In this document: positions 32,379 through 32,664 of the stretch, piece by piece
How positions within the stretch are numbered: position 1 is the first letter of the stretch
How the letters are laid out: every line of letters starts with the position of its first letter
Notes under the pieces: generated by a model
What the model was told of the DNA's origin: nothing
Seen by the model: the letters and a program-made list of their open reading frames with translations, nothing else
Databases searched by the model: none
Translations under genes and position numbers: made by a program
Assembly: GCA_964540595.1 (NCBI GenBank)
Contig: CAZINL010000004.1
Coordinates: 3,758-36,421, forward strand
Length of the DNA: 32,664 bases
Source: an uncultured Clostridia bacterium
Lineage (GTDB): Bacteria; Bacillota; JAAYKD01; CAYOCI01
Direction of reading: 5' to 3'

Positions 32379-32664
32379 ATGATCGTGCTGGACATGCGGA
32401 GAATTGGCGTGTTCATCTGTGACCGGCGTAAAGAAAAAGACCTAACCCAGGTCGAGCTCGCGGATCTGCTCAATGTTAGTCACCAGGCGGTCTCCAAATG
32501 GGAGCGAGGTGACTCCATTCCGGATGTGGGTACGCTGCCAAAACTGGCCGGGATCCTCGGTGCATCTGTGGATCTGCTGTTGAACGGCGGCGATCTGCCT
32601 GATCGGGGGATGGCTACATCAGGTGAGGGGATCATCGCGCGGGAGGTTGCGGCTGGAAACCAAG
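32379..32664 (+). CDS. XRE-family helix-turn-helix transcriptional regulator, 3'-partial (runs off window)
   Basis: Open frame to the window end, absent from the ORF track because it has no stop. HTH_3 signature LTQVELADLLNVSHQAVSKWERGDSIPDVGTLPKLAGILGASVDLLL. AGGAG at 32371-32375. In-frame start candidates are ATG 32379, GTG 32385 and ATG 32394. Confidence 0.8.
   Translation, partial: MIVLDMRRIGVFICDRRKEKDLTQVELADLLNVSHQAVSKWERGDSIPDVGTLPKLAGILGASVDLLLNGGDLPDRGMATSGEGIIAREVAAGNQ

Noticed and set aside
1-32664. CRISPR arrays, tRNA/rRNA genes, IS elements, integrases, phage genes, toxin-antitoxin pairs and known defence-system signatures.
   Set aside because: I found no spaced direct-repeat arrays, cloverleaf-like segments or transposase, integrase or recombinase motifs in any frame or intergenic region. 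This is a by-eye scan only; tRNAscan-SE, Infernal and defence-system predictors (e.g. DefenseFinder or PADLOC) would be decisive.

Overview
Bacterial chromosomal window, by eye about 58-60% GC, with strong GGAGG-type Shine-Dalgarno sites and many 4-nt ATGA/GTGA gene overlaps. Gene content looks Firmicutes-like (split Ada operon, SpoIIAA/AB-type modules), but the taxon cannot be fixed from this sequence. I call 32 protein-coding genes and found no rRNA, tRNA, CRISPR array or IS/transposase. Left to right: (1) a 5'-truncated TPR protein whose 3' end overlaps a 65-codon ORF for a small secreted peptide; (2) an alkylation-repair operon ogt-alkA-adaA on the minus strand; (3) a eukaryotic-type UDP-sugar pyrophosphorylase coupled to a NUDIX hydrolase; (4) a DUF4037-like protein and a GNAT acetyltransferase; (5) a minus-strand operon of LytTR response regulator, sensor-less GHKL kinase and two ABC exporter half-transporters; (6) a second NUDIX gene; (7) a tightly coupled seven-gene signalling operon at 13745-21299 (GAF-PAS hybrid kinase with two REC domains, CheY-like REC, REC-HD-GYP, MCP with a CZB zinc motif between its two TM helices, STAS, RsbW/SpoIIAB-like kinase, REC-PP2C); (8) tryptophanase; (9) a ferredoxin, RIC di-iron protein and cupin operon preceded by a perfect TGTGA-N6-TCACA box; (10) a class V aminotransferase, a PAS-GGDEF cyclase, a PQQ-type sugar dehydrogenase-like propeller and a DUF2500 membrane protein; (11) an asymmetric heterodimeric ABC exporter pair; (12) a 3'-truncated XRE regulator. 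The most interesting items are the seven-gene chemoreceptor / partner-switch / c-di-GMP operon, the RRNPP-like TPR plus pro-peptide cassette, a three-copy REP-like hairpin family sharing the core ACGA(A/T)GGGCAGGGCGT, and the CRP/FNR-type class II promoter geometry upstream of the RIC operon. All domain calls come from motif recognition by eye; no database search was run.
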